A DNA stretch of 60,867 nt, taken from contig NC_057719.1 in the NCBI RefSeq assembly GCF_004010195.1, positions 11,541,047 to 11,601,913 on the forward strand, read 5' to 3'. The translations under genes and the position numbers were made by a program. Shown here piece by piece: positions 36,141 through 47,878 of the stretch (position 1 is the stretch's first letter; every line of letters begins with the position of its first letter). The notes below the pieces were generated by a model. The model ran no database searches. It was given only the letters and a program-made list of their open reading frames with translations, and had not been told where the DNA came from. This DNA is from Chiloscyllium plagiosum (taxonomy: Eukaryota).

Positions 36141-36507
36141 CCTCCCCCATTAAGAAAAAATGAACCATATTAATGAAAAGATGGCTCTTTTTATCTATTC
36201 TTTAAATACGTTACCCTAACGTACTGATAACTTTAATCTAAGTTCACTTTAACTTCATCCTATATTCCTATATATATAAAACATTAAATAAATACAAATC
36301 TGATCTAAACTTTATTAGTTAAATCCGTGATAACGCATCTGCGATTATGTTCTTACAACCCGCAACATGTACGATTTTAAAATTAAAAGTCTATAACATA
36401 AGACTCCAATGAAATAGTCTCATATTCTTGTCTTTAAAGCATTCTAAGAATGTAAGCAGATTGTAATCCGTGTACACAACTGTCTCCAACACACTATTCG
36501 TGACATA

Positions 36508-37094
36508 AGACCATAAGAAATAGGAGTGGAAGTAAGGCCATTTGGCCCCACTCCACCATTCAATCAATGCTGATGGGCATTTCAACGACACTTACCTGCA
36601 CTCTCCCCGTATCTCTCAATTCCTTGCGAGATTAAGAATTTATGAATCTCTGCCTTGAAGACATTTAACATCCTGGCCTCCACTGCGCTCCTTGGCAATG
36701 AAGAAATGTCTCCTCATTTCCATTCTAAATTGACTCCCTCTAATTCTAAGGCTGTGCCCACGAGTCCTAGTCTCCCCGCCTGATGGAAACAATTTCCCAG
36801 CGTATGCCCTTTCTAAGCCACGCATTATCTTGTAAGTTTCTATTAGATCTCCCCTCAACCTTCTAAACTCGAATGAATACAATCCCAGGATCCTCAGCCG
36901 TTCATCGTATGTTAGGCCTACCATTCCAGGGATCATCCATGTGAATCTCTGCTGGACACGCTCCAGTGCCAGTATGTCCTCCCTGAGGTGTGGGGCTCAA
37001 AACTGGACCCAGTATTCTAAATGGGCCTCGCCAGAGCTTTATAAAGTCTCAGTAGCACATCAGTGCTCTTACAGTCCAACCCTCTTGATATAAA
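36508..37094 (-). mobile_element. CR1 3' fragment inserted in Gypsy RNase H
   Basis: LGLYSFEFRRLRGDLIETYKI; flanking TGACATA at 36501-36507 and 37095-37101. Confidence 0.88.
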
Positions 37095-37782
37095 TGACAT
37101 ACACATTAAAATGTTGTAAGGCCAGTACAAAACACAATAGTTCTTTTTCGATCGTGGAGTATTTCCTGTGGTGGGTGTTGATCTTCTTTGAAAAGTAGCC
37201 AACTGGCAGTTCAATCCCATTCTCATCCTCCTGTAGGAGTACAGCTCCAACTCCTATGTCACTAGCATTGATGGCGACTTTGAAAGGTTTTTGAAAAGTT
37301 TGGTGTCGCTAAAACTGGTTTGGTTGTTAATATTAATATCAACCTCTTTCTTCGAGGTTGATCGTGGAAATTCCTCGATGGCCTTCGTCTTTGCATTCTG
37401 TGGGGTCAACCTTCCATGACCGATGTTATGTCCCAAGACTGTCACCTCTGCTTTCGTGAATTCCGTTTTATTTTAAGTTTATCACCAGATTTGCTTCTCG
37501 TAGTCGTTCAACGAGCTCTGCCAACTGCACCATGTTATCTTCCCAGGACTTACTAAAGATCACTACATCATCCAAATAAATTGCACAGTTTGTTATACCA
37601 GCCACAACTCTAATCATAAGTGTTTGGAATGTGGCGGGTACATTCTTCATTCCAGAGGGCATCACTTTAAACTGATACAGACCTTTTGGGGTTACAAACG
37701 CAGACATTTTTTTCACTGTGTCTGATAAAGGTACCTGCCAGTAACCACGCATTAAGTCCAACTTGGCGATATGACTGGCTTG

Positions 37783-37870
37783 AAATTGTGTTGCTGGAAA
37801 AGCGCAGCAGGTCAGGCAGCATCCAAGGAGCAGGAGAATCAACGTTTCGGGTATGAGCCCTTCTTCAGGA
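37783..37870 (-). mobile_element. PLE family A single arm with hammerhead, inserted in Gypsy RT
   Basis: Minus: TTC-CTGAAGA-A-GGGC TCAT ACCC-GAAA-CGTT-GA; 14-bp TSD ATATGACTGGCTTG at 37769-37782 and 37871-37884. Confidence 0.9.
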
Positions 37871-38379
37871 ATATGACTGGCTTGTCTGACTTTCTCGATG
37901 CAGTCCTCCAATCTAGGAATTAGATATGAGTCTAATTTTGTAACAGTGTTGACCTTCCGATAATCCATGCGAACTAAGACAATCGGTGAACTCCACTTGC
38001 TCTGGCTGGGTTCGATGATATCCTCATCGAGCATGGCCTCCACCTTCATCTGGACCTGTCTGGCTTTGAAAGGATTAAGCCGATGCGGTGTTGTTTTATC
38101 GGACCAGCATTCCCTCCGTCAACTTCATGTACAATAGCATTAGTCCTCCCCATCTCATTCTTACATACGTCCTTATACTGCAGTAACAAATCTTTCAACT
38201 GCGTTCTTTGCCCCTGAGACAGATAGCTTACTAATCTATCCCACTCCTCAAGGACTTCTCCATTTTTAAATCTATTTTGAGGCACATCAAAATTCATATC
38301 ATCTGGATTTGATTCCTCACTCTGTGTGGCAGTAACTAACACCTGTTTCTCCAGTTCTTTCTCTCTAGTTTAATATGGT

Positions 38380-39480
38380 TTCAACATGTTCACATGACAT
38401 ACCCAATACCTTTTCTTTCCCTAACTGGCATCTTTACTAGATAGTTCACTCGACTCAACTTTTTCTCAATTTGATAGGGACTACTAAACCTAGCTTTGAA
38501 GGGATCTCCTATCATTGATAACAGTACTAACACATCATCCCCTTCACAATAACATCTGAGTCTCAGAGCTTTTATCTGCTACCTGCTTCATTCTACATTG
38601 TGCCCTCATTAGGTGCTGTTTAGCTAACTCACCTACTCAATTTAATCTCTCCCTCAACTCAGATACATAATCTAACTGTGAGATCTCTGACTTTGGTCCT
38701 GTTAATGTTTCTTTAATTAATTTTAAAAGGCCTCTCACCTCATGCCCAAATATTAATTCGAAGGGAGTGAACTGAATACATTCGTTTGGCGCATCTCTAA
38801 TGATAAACAATATGAATGGGATACCTTTATCCCAATCATTCGGGTAATCCTGATAGTATGCTCTCAACATGGTCTTCAAGGTCTGATGCCACCTTTCTAA
38901 AGCTCCCTGGGATTCAGGATGATACGCACTGGATTTAAAGTGCTGTATTCCTAAGCTATCCATAACCTCCTTAAATAGCTTAGCAATAAAATTTGACTCT
39001 TGGACCAACTGAATCTCTTTGGGCAGTCCATACTCTGTGAAGAAAGCTACTAACGTCTCTACTACCCTTTTTGCCTTGATACTCTGTAATGGAATTGTCT
39101 CCGGAAATCTGGTAGACACATCCATTAAGGTTAACAAGTACTGGTTCCCACTTTTAGTTCTCGGGAGGGCACGTGCGAACAGTTCTTCAAATGTGGGAAT
39201 TGGCAACAAAGGGGCTGGATTTATTACAGCCTGTGGCTTACCGACCATTTGGCATGTATGACACGTACAGCAAAAGTTAACCACATCCTTATGCATTCCA
39301 GGCCAATAAAAATGTTTTGCTACCTTAGCCGGAGTCTTTTGTTCCCCTCAGTGACCTCCTACAGGTCGTTCATGTGCTATCCTTAACACTTCCTGTCTGT
39401 ATGCTACCGGCAACACAATCTGGTGCATTTTGGCCCATTTCTCCTCTGCACTAACCTGCCATGGTCTCCATTTCCATCTT
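38380..39480 (-). pseudogene. Gypsy integrase (HHCC + DDE core + GPY/F)
   Basis: AHERPVGGH...CHTCQ, MDVSTRFPE, YGLPKEIQ..Q.SNF, YHPESQGALERWHQTLK, TPFELIFG. Confidence 0.9.
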
Positions 39481-39849
39481 AAGATTTTATCTTTCAGATA
39501 ATAACCCTCCGGAATATACTCTGCCTCCTTTTCAGAGGACACATCCACATATGTATCTTTTATTGTCTTGTCTTGCTGTTGCAAGTCTCTTAGCCTTCCA
39601 GGTCTAAACACCTCTATCTGACCCTCTGCCTGTTCAGGTTTTTCCTGCACCATAATGTCAAGCAGGGTATCCGCTAACTGAACCTCAACTCCGTCATCTT
39701 TCTCTTTACTTTTCACTTTGTCCTGTAATGTATGGGATCAGTGGGATCTGGTTAGCACACAGTCTGGGAAAATACCAAGATGTTTCTGTTTTAACTCCTC
39801 AGTTGCTTGGTGTTCCTTGGGCTTGTCCACAACAAAGGGTGTCACTCCC

Positions 39850-41472
39850 ACTTTGGACCCTGCCAAGTCATTCCCAAGAACAAACTGAATTCCTGGAACT
39901 GACACTCTGTCAATCACTCCGTAACTTCTCCAACCTGATCTTGTATAGGGGAACGCTAAATTTCTGTCCATCTATCCCACAAAATACCACAATCTCGGGT
40001 AACAGATCAGAAAGGTTGCATATTCTCTCAGCCCTTACTATCAGCGACTGGTTAGATCCTGTATCTCTCAAAATTATGACTTCTTGTCCTTCTCTCCCAG
40101 TTCTTTCTGAGTAAACTTTACCCACGGAGGTGAATTCTTTGTAGAGATCGTGTACTAACTCTATACCCAGCCCTTGCCTAGGCTGTGCACTCTCCTGCAG
40201 CAGCTCAGCTCTTCTTGGGCTCTCTTTTACTACCTTCACGAATGCCACTGGCTTAGCTTCTTTACCACATCTTTTCCCACAGCACCTTTTTTTTGATGAC
40301 CAGCGCTGTGAAATTATGTGTCCCACTTTACCACAGTGGAAACACCTGAGTCCTTTCACCTCCTTTCCATCCTCTTGAGCTTCTTTGTTATCCTACTGTA
40401 AAATCTTACCAGTGCTCTGTACACTTGGTTTAGTAGTGTAGGATCTCCCCTTCTCCCCACTTCTATCCCTCACAGGACGAAATTCTGGCCGAAAGCTTGT
40501 CTTATGCACCAGCATGTACTCATCTGCTAATTCTGCTGCTCTTCTCAATTCCTGAACTTTTTGTTCCTCCATGCTAATTCTTACCATCTCTAGAAATTTT
40601 AATTTTTTTTTATTTAAAAATTTTAAATTTTAAACTTCTCCAGCAGAATAATCTCTCTGAGAGCCTCAAATGTCCTATCTATTTTCAAAGCACGCACCCA
40701 TCTGTCAAAATGACTCAGTTTAATTCTTTTGAACTCAACATAAATCTGACTCGGTTCCTTCTTTGTTTTTCTGAACCACTGTCTGTATGCTTCTCGTGCC
40801 AATTCATAAGCACTTCAAATAGCTTGTCAGCGCAGCAAATACCTCACTAGCTCTGCCTACCAGTTTAGTCTGAACTAGCATTACCCATAAATTCTCAGAC
40901 CACTCCATCTGCCTAGCCAATTTTTCAAATGAAATAAAGAAGGCTTCAACATCTTTCTCATCAAAATGTGGCAGAATTTTGACATATTTGTATATATGAC
41001 TACCTTCTCTTTTAATCTCATTCCTGTTAACTTGACTTTGCTGACTAAATGCAACTTCTCAAGTTCAAATTCTCTCTCTTTTTGCTCAGCTAAGAACCTT
41101 CTCTCTCTTTTTTCCCCTCTCTCTTTCTCTCTTTTCTCTCTCTCTTTCTCTCTCCCTTTCTCTCTCCCTTTCTTCTCTCTCTTTGCTCAGCTAAGAGCCT
41201 CTCTCGCTCGGTTTATCTTCTAACTCCATTTTCCTCAATTGTAATTTAAGTTTTTCTACCTCTACTGCACTTGTCTGTTTCTCTGACACACCTAAGTGTT
41301 TGAGTAACCCCATTACAATTTCAGCTTTACTTTTGTCCTTGGGGTTAAACCCAAATCTAACTTATTTGCTAATTCTAAAAGTACGGCCTTTCTCATTCCT
41401 TCTAAAGTTTTTTTGGCAAATTTGAGAAACATCTTCAAATCCCAGAACCTCTTTAGCAATTTTAAGAGCCAT
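39850..41472 (-). pseudogene. gag: Gypsy gag (E/K/R-rich coil, CCHC knuckle) and aspartic protease
   Basis: ATG at 41472 (MALKIAKEVLGF); AAELADEY; CFHCGKVGH; ILRDTGSNQS; LGNDLAG. Confidence 0.85.
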
Positions 41473-41716
41473 TTCTCTCACTTTTAATTTAATCAACCAC
41501 AAGTCCCCAAAATTCAACAAATTGTCTCACCTACGTTTTATTTAAAGATCTAGGACACTAACCTGCAAGTGTTTTATTCTGCTGGGATTTTTCATACTCC
41601 AAATCTATTCAAATCTGTCTAAATCAGTTCAAATCCCAAATCCAAGACCCAAACTGTTCAAATCGCAGACAAAAGTCTGCTAAACCATTCAAATTCCAAC
41701 AATGATTCCCCAAAGC

Positions 41717-42397
41717 TGTTACGATCTAAGGTAAACCCACTCTCCCCTTGCTATTTTAAACCAGCAACACAGAAAAGATTTATCCCATGCGGTAATCTGT
41801 GAAAATTTGAGAGGCCAAGAACTATCCCAAAGGTCACTATTTAAAGTAAAAACTAACAACTTTATTTCTTAAAGTATAACAATGAATAATTAACTAACAA
41901 CTATTTACAACTCCTTTCTCTAACCTATCCTTTACCTTCCCCTTCTACAATACTCGTCCGTTTAAATCCCCCCAATTAAGATTTACCAAAACATAAAATT
42001 TCAAAACAAACCAGCTGTCAAATCTTCTCTTTATATCTTCCTCTGTCTTCTTCTTTGTCACTGATCAATAAAGGTACCTTTAAGAGAGCTATTTTTCAGG
42101 CACTCTGTACATGCTGTTGGCTTGGCAGTTCTCTCCCAACTGTTCAATTTTTCCCAGTCTTATACCCCCAAAGCACATTGGTTTTTAATATTATCAATAT
42201 TTTTTGGTATCTTTTGGAGTATAGTTTAAACTGATTGACCTAATTCAAATTTATTTTTGTCTCCAGGCAACCTACTACACTAACTGCTGGACCAAAAAGT
42301 TACATTAAATATTGTTCAGAACACTTGGTGCTGTCAGGTAGTTCTGCTAGCTTTTAACTCTCTTAAAGGTACAGTACACGTCTACACCTTCAGAACA
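41717..42397 (-). repeat. 5' LTR (681 bp)
   Basis: Homologous to 35415-36140 with substitutions and indels. Confidence 0.9.
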
Positions 42398-42505
42398 ACC
42401 TGTAGGGCCTCCCAGCCACCCACCTCCTTTAACCTTACACTACTAGAGAGAAATCAGATAAGCTTTTTTTTCTCTTTCGTTTCTTAGTAAAGGAGGTTAA
42501 CAGGG

Positions 42506-43400
42506 ATGGCAATGCAGGCAGTGCAATGTTCCTCCTATAGGACGTCTGAGGTGAGGGTAGTGTCCCAGCTGAGTACACCTGTAGGAAGTGCACCCAACTC
42601 CTGCTCCTTGAAGACTATGTTAGGGAATTGGAGCTGGAACTGGATGAACACAGGATCATTCAGGAGGCAGAGACAGTTACAGATAAAGGCTACAGGTAGG
42701 TAGTTACTCCTAGAAATGCAGATAGTTGGGTGACTGTTAGATGGGATAAGAATCAATCAGTGCAGGGATCTCCTGTGGCCTCTCCCCTGTATAGCAAGTA
42801 TGCCATTTTGGATACGGTTTGGGGGGAGCAACTTACCAGGGGTAAGCCATGGGGCACAGGTTGTGGCACAGAATCTGTCCCTGTTGCTCAGAAGGGAAGG
42901 GGGAGAGGAGTACAGCATTAGTCATTGGGGACTCCATAGTTAGAGGAACAGAAAAGAGAGAGACTCGCGGTTGGTGTGTTGCCTCCCAGGTGCCAAGGTC
43001 TGTAATGTTTTGGATCGTATTTTCGGGATCCTTAAGGGGGCGGGGGAGCAGCCCCAAGTCGTGGTCCATATAGGCACCAACGACATAGGTAGGGAAAGGG
43101 GTGGAGATGTACGGCAGAAATTCTGGGAGCTAGGGTGGAAACTTACAGCTAGAACAGAGTTGTGGTCTCTGGTTTGTTACCCGTGCCACGTGCTGGTGAG
43201 GCGAGGAATAGGGGGAGAGAGCAGTGGATCCCGTGACTGCAGGGATGGTGCAGGAAGGAGGGTTTTGGATCCCTGGATAATTGGAGCTCATTCTGGGGTA
43301 GATGGAACTTCTACAAATGGGATGGTCTACACCTGAACCAGAGGCGTACCTATGTGCTGGGGGATGGGAAATTTGCTCATGCTGTTCGGAAATGTTTAAA
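42506..43400 (+). pseudogene. CR1 ORF1: Cys finger, coiled coil, SGNH/GDSL esterase
   Basis: AVQCSS, ALVIGDSIVRG, VCCLPGAKV, VVVHIGTNDIG, DGLHLN. Confidence 0.85.
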
Positions 43401-43519
43401 CTAATTCAACCTGAGGAATGGAAACCGAATTGTAGCTCCAGTGTACAAGAGGTTGAGAGTAGTGAGGTCATGACTAAACTTTCAAGATCGCAGGAGTATA
43501 CCGGCAAGCAGGAAGGTGG

Positions 43520-46257
43520 TTTAAAGTGTGTCTACTTCAATGCCAGGAACATCTGGAATAAGGTGGGTAAACTTGCAGCATGGGTTGGTACATGGGACTT
43601 CATTGTTGTGGCCATTTTGAAGACATGGATAGGGCAGGGACAGGAATGGTTGTTGCAGGTTCTGGAATTTAGATGTTTCAGTCAGAACAGAGAAGGTATT
43701 AAAAGAGTGGGAGGTGTGGCATTGTTAGTCAAGGACAATATTACAGTGGCAGAAAGGACATTTGATGAGGACTCATCTACTGAGGTAGTATGGGCTAAGG
43801 ATAGAAACAGGAAAGGAGAGGCCAACCTGTTGGGAGTTTTCTAAAGGCCTCCAAAAAGTTCCAGAGATGTAGAGGAAAAGATTGTAAAGATGATTCTGGA
43901 TAGGAGCGAAAGTAACAGGGTGGTTGTTATGGAGACTTTAACTTTCCAAAGATTGACTGGACACACTATAGTTTGAGTACCTTAGATGGGTCTGTTTTTG
44001 TGCAATGTGTGCAGGAGGGTTTCCTGACGCAGTATGTACATAGACGAACAAGAGGTGAGGCCACATTGGATTTGGTACTGGGTAATGGACCAGGCCAGAT
44101 GTTAGATTTGGAAGTGGTGAGCACAATTCAGTTACATTTACTTCAGTGATGGAAAGGGATAGGTATATGCCGCAGGGCAAGAATTATAGCTGGGGAATGG
44201 CAATTTTGATACGATTAGGTAAGATTTATAATGCATAGGACGGGGAAGGAAACTGCAGGGGATGCACACAATTGAAATGTGGAGCCTATTCAAGGAACAG
44301 TTACTGCATGTCCTTAATAAGTATGTACCTGTCAGGCAGGGAGCAAGTGGTCGAGCAAGGGAACCACGTTTACTAAAGAAGGTAATCTCTTGTCAAGAAG
44401 AAGAAGGAGGCTTATGAAAAGACGAGACTTGAAGGCTCAGTCAGGATACTTGAGAGTTACAAGTTAGCCAGGAAGGACCTAAAGAAAAAGCTAAGGAGAG
44501 CCAGGAGGAGACATGAGAAGTCTTTCGCAGGTAGAATCAAGGAAAACCCTAAAGCTTTCTATAGGTATGTCAGAAAGGAAAGAATGACTACAGTAAGATT
44601 AGGGCCAGCCAAGTAAAGTCGTGGGAAGTCGTGCTTGGAGTCCAAAGAGATGGGCAAGGTGCTATATGAATATTTTTCCTCATTATTCACACCAGAAAAA
44701 TACAATGTTGTCAAGGAGAATACTGAGATAGAGGCTATTAAACTAGATGGGGTTGAGATTCATAAGGAGGAGATGTTAGCAATTCCCAAAAGTGTGAAAA
44801 TAGACAAGTCCCCTGGGCCAGATGGGATTTATCATAGGATTCTCTGGGAAGATAGGGAGGAGATTGCAAACCCTTTAGCTTTGATCCTTATGTCGTCATT
44901 GTCTACAGGAATAGTGCCAGAAGACTGGAGGATAGCAAATGTTCTCCCCTTGTTCAAGAAGGGGAGTAGAGACAACCCTGGTAATTATAGACCAGTGAGC
45001 CTTACTTCTTTTGTGGGCAAAGTTTTGGAAAAGATCTGAAGAGATAGGATTTGTAATCATCTAGAAAGAAATAATTTGATTAGGGATAGTCTACACGGTT
45101 TTGTGAAGGGTAGGTCGTGCCTCACAAATCTTATTGAGTTCTTTGAGAAGGTGACCAGATAGGTGGGTGGGGGTAAAGCAGTTGATGTGGTGTGTATGGA
45201 TTTCAGTAAAGCATTCAATAAGGTTTCCCACGGTAGGCTATTGCAGAATATATGGAGGAATGGGATTAAGGGCAGTTTAACGGTTTGGATTAGAAATTGG
45301 CTAGCTGAAAGAAGATAGAGGGTGGTGGTTGATGGGAAATGTTCATCCTGGAGTTCAGTTATTAGTGGTGTACTGCAAGGATCTGTTTTGGAGCCACTGC
45401 TGTTTGTCATTTTTACAAATGACCTAGATGAGGGCGTAGAAGGATGAATTAGTAAATTTGTGGATGACACTAAAGTCAGTGGAGTTGTGGACAGGGCGGA
45501 AGGATGTTGCAGGTTACAAAGGGACATAGATAAGCTGCAGAGCTGGGTTGAGAGGTGACAAATGGAGTTTAATGTGAAAAAGTGTAAGGTGATTCACTTT
45601 GGAAGTAGTAATAGGAATACAGAGTACTGGGCTCATGGTAAGATTCTTGGTTGTGTGGATGAGCAGAGAGATCTCAGTGTCCATGTGCATAGATCCCAAA
45701 AAGTTGCCACCCAGGTTGATAGGGTTGTTAAGAAGGTATATGGTGTGTTAGCTTGGTATTGGTAGAGAGATTGAGTTTTGGAGCCATGAGGTCATGTTGC
45801 AACTTCACAAAACTCTGGTGCGGCTGCACTTGGAGTATTGTGTACAGTTCTAGTCACCGCATTATAGGAAGGATGTGGAAGCACTAGAAAGGGTTCAGAG
45901 GAGATTTACCAGGATGTTCCCTGGTATGGAGGGAAAGTCTTATGAGGAAAGACTGAGGAACTTGAGGCTGTTTTCTTTAGAGAGAAGAAGGTTAAGGGGT
46001 GACTTAATAGAGGCATATAAGTAGATCAGAGGTATACAGTGAGAGCCTTTTTCCTCGGATGGTGATGGCTAGCACAAAGGGACATAGTTTTAATTTGAGG
46101 GGCGATAGATACAGGACAGATGTCAGCGATAGGTTCTTTATTCAGAGAGTAGTAAGGGCATAGAATGCCCTGCCTGTAACAGTAGTGGACTCACCAATGT
46201 TAAGGGCATTTAAATGGTTATTGGATAAACATATGGACAATAATGGAATAGTGTAGG
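43520..46257 (+). pseudogene. CR1 ORF2: APE endonuclease + RT, with stops and frameshifts
   Basis: CVYFNARNI.NK, GGVALLVK, MGDFNFP, KSPGPDGIY, NYRPVSLTS.VGK.LE, FSKAF.KV.H, F.DDTK. Confidence 0.9.
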
Positions 46258-46273
46258 TTAGATGGGCTTTGGA

Positions 46274-46660
46274 TTGGAGTGTGTTCAGAGGAGGTTCACG
46301 AGAATGTTCCCTGGAATGAGGAATTCCTCAATATGAGGGATGTTTCAGGACTCTGGGTTTATACTTGATGGACCCAAGGGCATAGCCTTAGAGCAAAGGA
46401 GATTAAAATGGAGATAAGGAGAAACCTCTTCAGCCAGAGAGTGGTGACTCTATGGAATTCATTGCCACAGAAGGCTGTGGAGGTCAGTCATAGAGTGTAT
46501 TTAAGACTGAGATAGATAGGTCCTTAAGTACCTGGGGGATCAAGGGCTACAGGGAGAAAGCGAGAGAATGGGTTTGAGAAAATTATCAGCTATGACTTAA
46601 TGGCGAAGCAGACGTGATAGGCTGAATGGCCTAATTTCTGCTCTTATGTCGTATGGTCTA
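46274..46660 (+). mobile_element. CR1 3' end (right half of the host element)
   Basis: Resumes at LE.VQRRFTRM.PG, just downstream of where 35215 stops; TATG tail. Confidence 0.8.
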
Positions 46661-46944
46661 ATTTGTGGCCTGTTCTGGGTCTGGAAAGTTTCTTTCAACC
46701 TATGAGTGACTTATTTCAAATAGCGTTGAGTTTCTTCATAACATCTTTATGTATTTTCTAATCAATAAGGGAATCAACGGGAATAAGGCAGGAAAATGGA
46801 CTTGAGGATTATCAGATCGGTCATGTATTCATCAAATGGCATAATGGACACCAAGCGGTCTACTTCTGCCACTACATCTTGTGGGGTCTTATACTGTAGA
46901 ACAATCTACACTTCCAAGTAAGGATGTCTCTCTTTCTTGTACAG

Positions 46945-47048
46945 AAACAATCACAGAAAATCCTGGGAAAATTGGAGGTCTGGTTGCATCTGTGGAGACA
47001 GAAACAGCATTAATGTTTCAAGTCTGGTGTGACCTTTCTTAAGAACTT
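46945..47048 (-). mobile_element. PLE family E-like fragment, decayed
   Basis: Homologous to 15090-15185. Confidence 0.5.
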
Positions 47049-47539
47049 CTTGTTTGGAAATGAGATGTTGTTCAAAGCGAGAACAAGCTTGGCCAGGCCA
47101 GGGAGGGTAATGGTCCACGGAGACTGTACGGGCTTCTTTTCAAGGAAGAGGCAAAGAGCCTTTGGATTATCTCAATGGGAGGTGCATGTGAAGAAGGATC
47201 GCACATCCCTAGTGAAGGAGAAGAGACTAGGACTTGAAAACTAGAAATTATGAAATAGACAAAAAGTATCAGAAGAATCACAAATGTAAGTGAGAAGAGA
47301 CTGAACAAGGGAGTGGGGGTGTGAATAAAGTCAAGATAAGACAAAATAGGTTCAGTAGAGGAACATGAAAGATCTACTGGGAGAGTGCTGTTTCTGGATT
47401 TTGGGAAGGAGGCAGTGTGGGATTGGGTTCAATGGAGGAGACATCACCAGAGGAGATGAGGTCTGTGACAATCCTACAAACAACAGCTCGATCCATATTG
47501 TACAGACTGTTCCATCTCCCTTGTCAGACTCAAGTATAT

Positions 47540-47878
47540 GGGGTAGCTCTGTGGCTCAGTGGTTAGCACTGCTGCTCACAGCGCCAGGGGCCTGTCTTCA
47601 ATTGACAGACATACTATCTACATGAAGTCTGCACATTCTCCCCATGTCTGCGTGGGTTTCCTCCAGGTGCTCTGGTTTCATCCCACAGTCCAAAGATGTG
47701 CACGTGAAATGGACTGACCATTCTAAATTTCTTACAGTGTCCAGGAATTTGCAGACTAGATGGGTTAGCAATTGGAAATGGGAGGTTATGGTGATAGGGT
47801 CTGGATGGGATACTGTTTGGAGGATCAGTGCAGACTTGATGGGCCAAACGACCTCTTTCCACACTGCAGAGATTCTAC
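47540..47878 (+). mobile_element. HE1-type SINE
   Basis: GTGGCTCAGTGGTTAGCACTGCTG head. Confidence 0.82.

Larger units (their letters stand above)
36319..38050 (-). pseudogene. pol: Gypsy RT/RNase H, disrupted by CR1 and PLE insertions and deletions
   Basis: WSSPIVLV, DYRKVN, KLDLMRGYWQVPL, P.GMKN.PATFQ, YLDDVVIFS; DASD.GVGAVL, YSTIEKELL, VYTD.N.L, IADALSR*. Confidence 0.9.
35415..42397 (-). mobile_element. Ty3/Gypsy LTR retrotransposon, Gmr1-like (gag-PR-IN-RT-RH), decayed
   Basis: Two LTRs TGTTA...AACA; 4-bp TSD GCCT/ACCT; PPT next to 36140; domain motifs listed below. Confidence 0.92.
35216..46273 (+). mobile_element. Near full-length CR1 LINE (5'UTR split by Gypsy, esterase ORF1, EN-RT ORF2)
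   Basis: 5'UTR-like sequence on both sides of the Gypsy; ORF1 and ORF2 motifs at 42.5-46.3 kb. Confidence 0.8.

Noticed and set aside
41690..41716. Gypsy primer-binding site assignment
   Set aside because: Minus-strand TTTGGGGAATC is only weakly like a tRNA-Pro PBS; too decayed to call
35415..46273. Active or intact retroelements
   Set aside because: All gag, pol, ORF1 and ORF2 frames carry stops, frameshifts or insertions
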